Shown here: piece by piece, positions 62,070 through 64,000 of the stretch
How the letters are laid out: every line of letters begins with the position of its first letter
Numbering within the stretch: position 1 is the stretch's first letter
From: Chiloscyllium plagiosum
Taxonomy: Eukaryota
Assembly: GCF_004010195.1 (NCBI RefSeq)
Contig: NC_057720.1
Span: 3,577,255-3,641,254, forward strand
Reading direction: 5' to 3'
Length of the DNA: 64,000 nucleotides
The notes under the pieces: generated by a model
Told to the model about the DNA's origin: nothing
The model's database searches: none
The model's input: only the letters and a program-made list of their open reading frames with translations
Translations under genes and position numbers: made by a program

Positions 62070-64000
62070 ACTTTAAAAAGCATTGTTGATGGATGGAACA
62101 GTGCAGTTCTCCCTTGCTGCTGTACCTCAGGTTTTGTCCTGGATATAGTGCTGAAATCTCTGGAGTGGGACTTGGAGCACACAGTTTCTGACGGAGGTGA
62201 GAGAGACAGCCCTGAACAACAACTGATAGTTTTAGTTTAGAATGGAAAGCATTGTATAAATTTCATTCCTGGGAAATAATGTCCTTTAACCCTCTGGACT
62301 TTTGTTAAAATCAAGTTTTTGCTTTTCTTTGGCCATCAGCACAAAATCTGGAAGGGTTAATTCCCTTGAGCAAAGTAATAGTTTAAAATTTATTTCTATT
62401 TAGATTATCTAATCATGCAGAAAACCTGCAAGATTAAATTGCTCTCAAAGTTGCATGTCGTAGAAACCAATAATTTCATTTTACATTATGGGTCAAACCT
62501 TAATTTTAAATTGTTAGACTCTTTGCAGCATTTTTAGCCAGAGAAAAGGACACGATTGATTTCGATCTATATTTATTGAATTGATGCTGTCAAGAATGTT
62601 TTAACATTGAAGGGTTTTTCAATTTATTGAACTGGAGTCAAACTTGCATAAATGTATCGTTTGAACTATGTTTTTGTGTTTCTCCCTCCCCCCTCCCATT
62701 TTTTTGGAACATTTAATTTGCTGTCAGTTTATAAATTTGCAACATGCTTTTTACTTATTGACTTTCTTTAGAAACTTAGTCCTCAATCTTTTATGTACAA
62801 TATTAGCATTGCACTTAAATACACTGGAAGTTCAGTAATTGTGATGAGCTTGCAGTCACTCTGCATTCATGTATTTCCTTAATAAATTACTGAACAGCTT
62901 GAGCAAAGGGTTAATATGTTCACCTAGCTACTGTGACCTTTGCATGTATGTTATGTCGCTATTTAAAAATAACATTGGTTCTTTGACATTCCAGTAGCAG
63001 TAATGAAATTCAGTTTTTAAAAAATGTATAACACTACGTTTTGGCGCCGCTTGTACACTTAGGGCATTGTTCAGGTAATTGGCCATCCAAATGTATGACC
63101 CCCAGGGTGCTTGCCAGTCATGACCCTGGAATGTGAATCGATATCATTAAACACAACAGGGACCAGTTAATGCTAGTAGACAGCAATATCTCTGACTGAA
63201 AGCTTACTGTCACCTCTGATACTCTGCAAACAGTGCTGTACTTGTACTTACGTTTTGAGGACTCAATGTTTTCTAGTCTTTCAATTGTTTAGCATGAAAG
63301 AAACCATTCAAAATTTTGGAGAGGTCACCACATTTGGTGGTACTTAAAATGTCTTGTCTTATCTTTGGCTATGTTAGCTGTTTTGCAAAAATAGCAAGCA
63401 GCCATATACTACAGTTCATGGATTAATTATTCTAAGATTTCTTAGGTGTTGATCTTGTAATTAAAAATTGCATTTTTTTTTTCAAAACAAATCCTTTAGA
63501 TCCTCAGCAGGTCTACGTACTGAGTAAATAGGTTTAGAAAGGAGTATTGAGAGGTAGGATGGTGATGGACAAACAGAGCGCAGCAATCTGTGTTTATACC
63601 TTTCATCTATTTCCTTTCTTGTTCGTCTTGGCATTGGTGATGGTAATTTTTGAAGTGGTAATCAATTTTCTTACATGTCAGTTCTGCACCTTAAGGTTTA
63701 ATTTACATATTGTGCATATTTAAGTAAAACATTATGAAAAATGCACTTCAACAGAAATTGAAAAGAACAATCAAAATTGTAAATTGTCCTTTTTCTCAGC
63801 CAGTGGGCCTGTCTGGCAGTCTGTGTGGTAGACATCATCCTTCCTTACTATGTTCACATGTGGGCCACTAAAAGGTACAAAAAATCTATTTCCCGTTAAG
63901 TCGTCTTTTCACCATGACTGATTCTGCACAGCATGAATTGACCAAATGATTGAGCAAGCTGGTGCATTCAGTTTTAAGTGTGTTATCCACTTAAACTGTA

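Larger units (their letters stand above)
61130..62228 (-). mobile_element. Old DeuSINE (SacSINE1-like) split by CR1 and HE1 insertions
   Basis: Pieces aagtactttttgagg, taatgtaggaaa...gatcagataatc and acagtgcagttctccc...ctctggagtgggacttg occur in the expected reverse order. Confidence 0.65.

Noticed and set aside
63446..63500. cttag|gtgtt as the next SYDE2 exon
   Set aside because: It reads (G)VDLVIKN, not the expected RhoGAP continuation GVLKDYLRELP. The next exon is not visible in the window.

Overview
This is vertebrate genomic DNA, very probably a shark or ray, judged from HE1-type V-SINEs, DeuSINE/SacSINE1-like SINEs and dense CR1 LINEs. The whole window appears to lie inside one + strand gene, SYDE2 (C2 + RhoGAP). 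Two internal coding exons are present: 28637-29748 (1112 nt) and 55116-55242 (127 nt, carrying the GAP arginine finger). They are separated by a 25.4 kb intron, and the flanking exons are outside the window. Most of the rest is decayed, nested transposons: many CR1 subfamilies, a second divergent CR1/L2-group LINE, an L2 fragment, four SINE types, two TA-targeting DNA-transposon derivatives, the 5' end of a Gypsy LTR element and many Penelope-like element (PLE) fragments. There is one 326-N assembly gap. Most notable: (i) several PLE-type families carry a minimal hammerhead-ribozyme motif (CUGANGA-A-stem II-GAAA-palindromic ACGU/AGCU) whose stem II covaries between families; (ii) these ends form very short, often palindromic insertions with target-site duplications (TSDs), and their 5' breakpoints cluster at the ribozyme; (iii) a candidate unannotated in-frame SYDE2 exon at 47864-48034; (iv) a near-perfect 189-bp non-adjacent duplication. 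Repeat boundaries are approximate unless a TSD is quoted. Family names come from recognition, not a database search.
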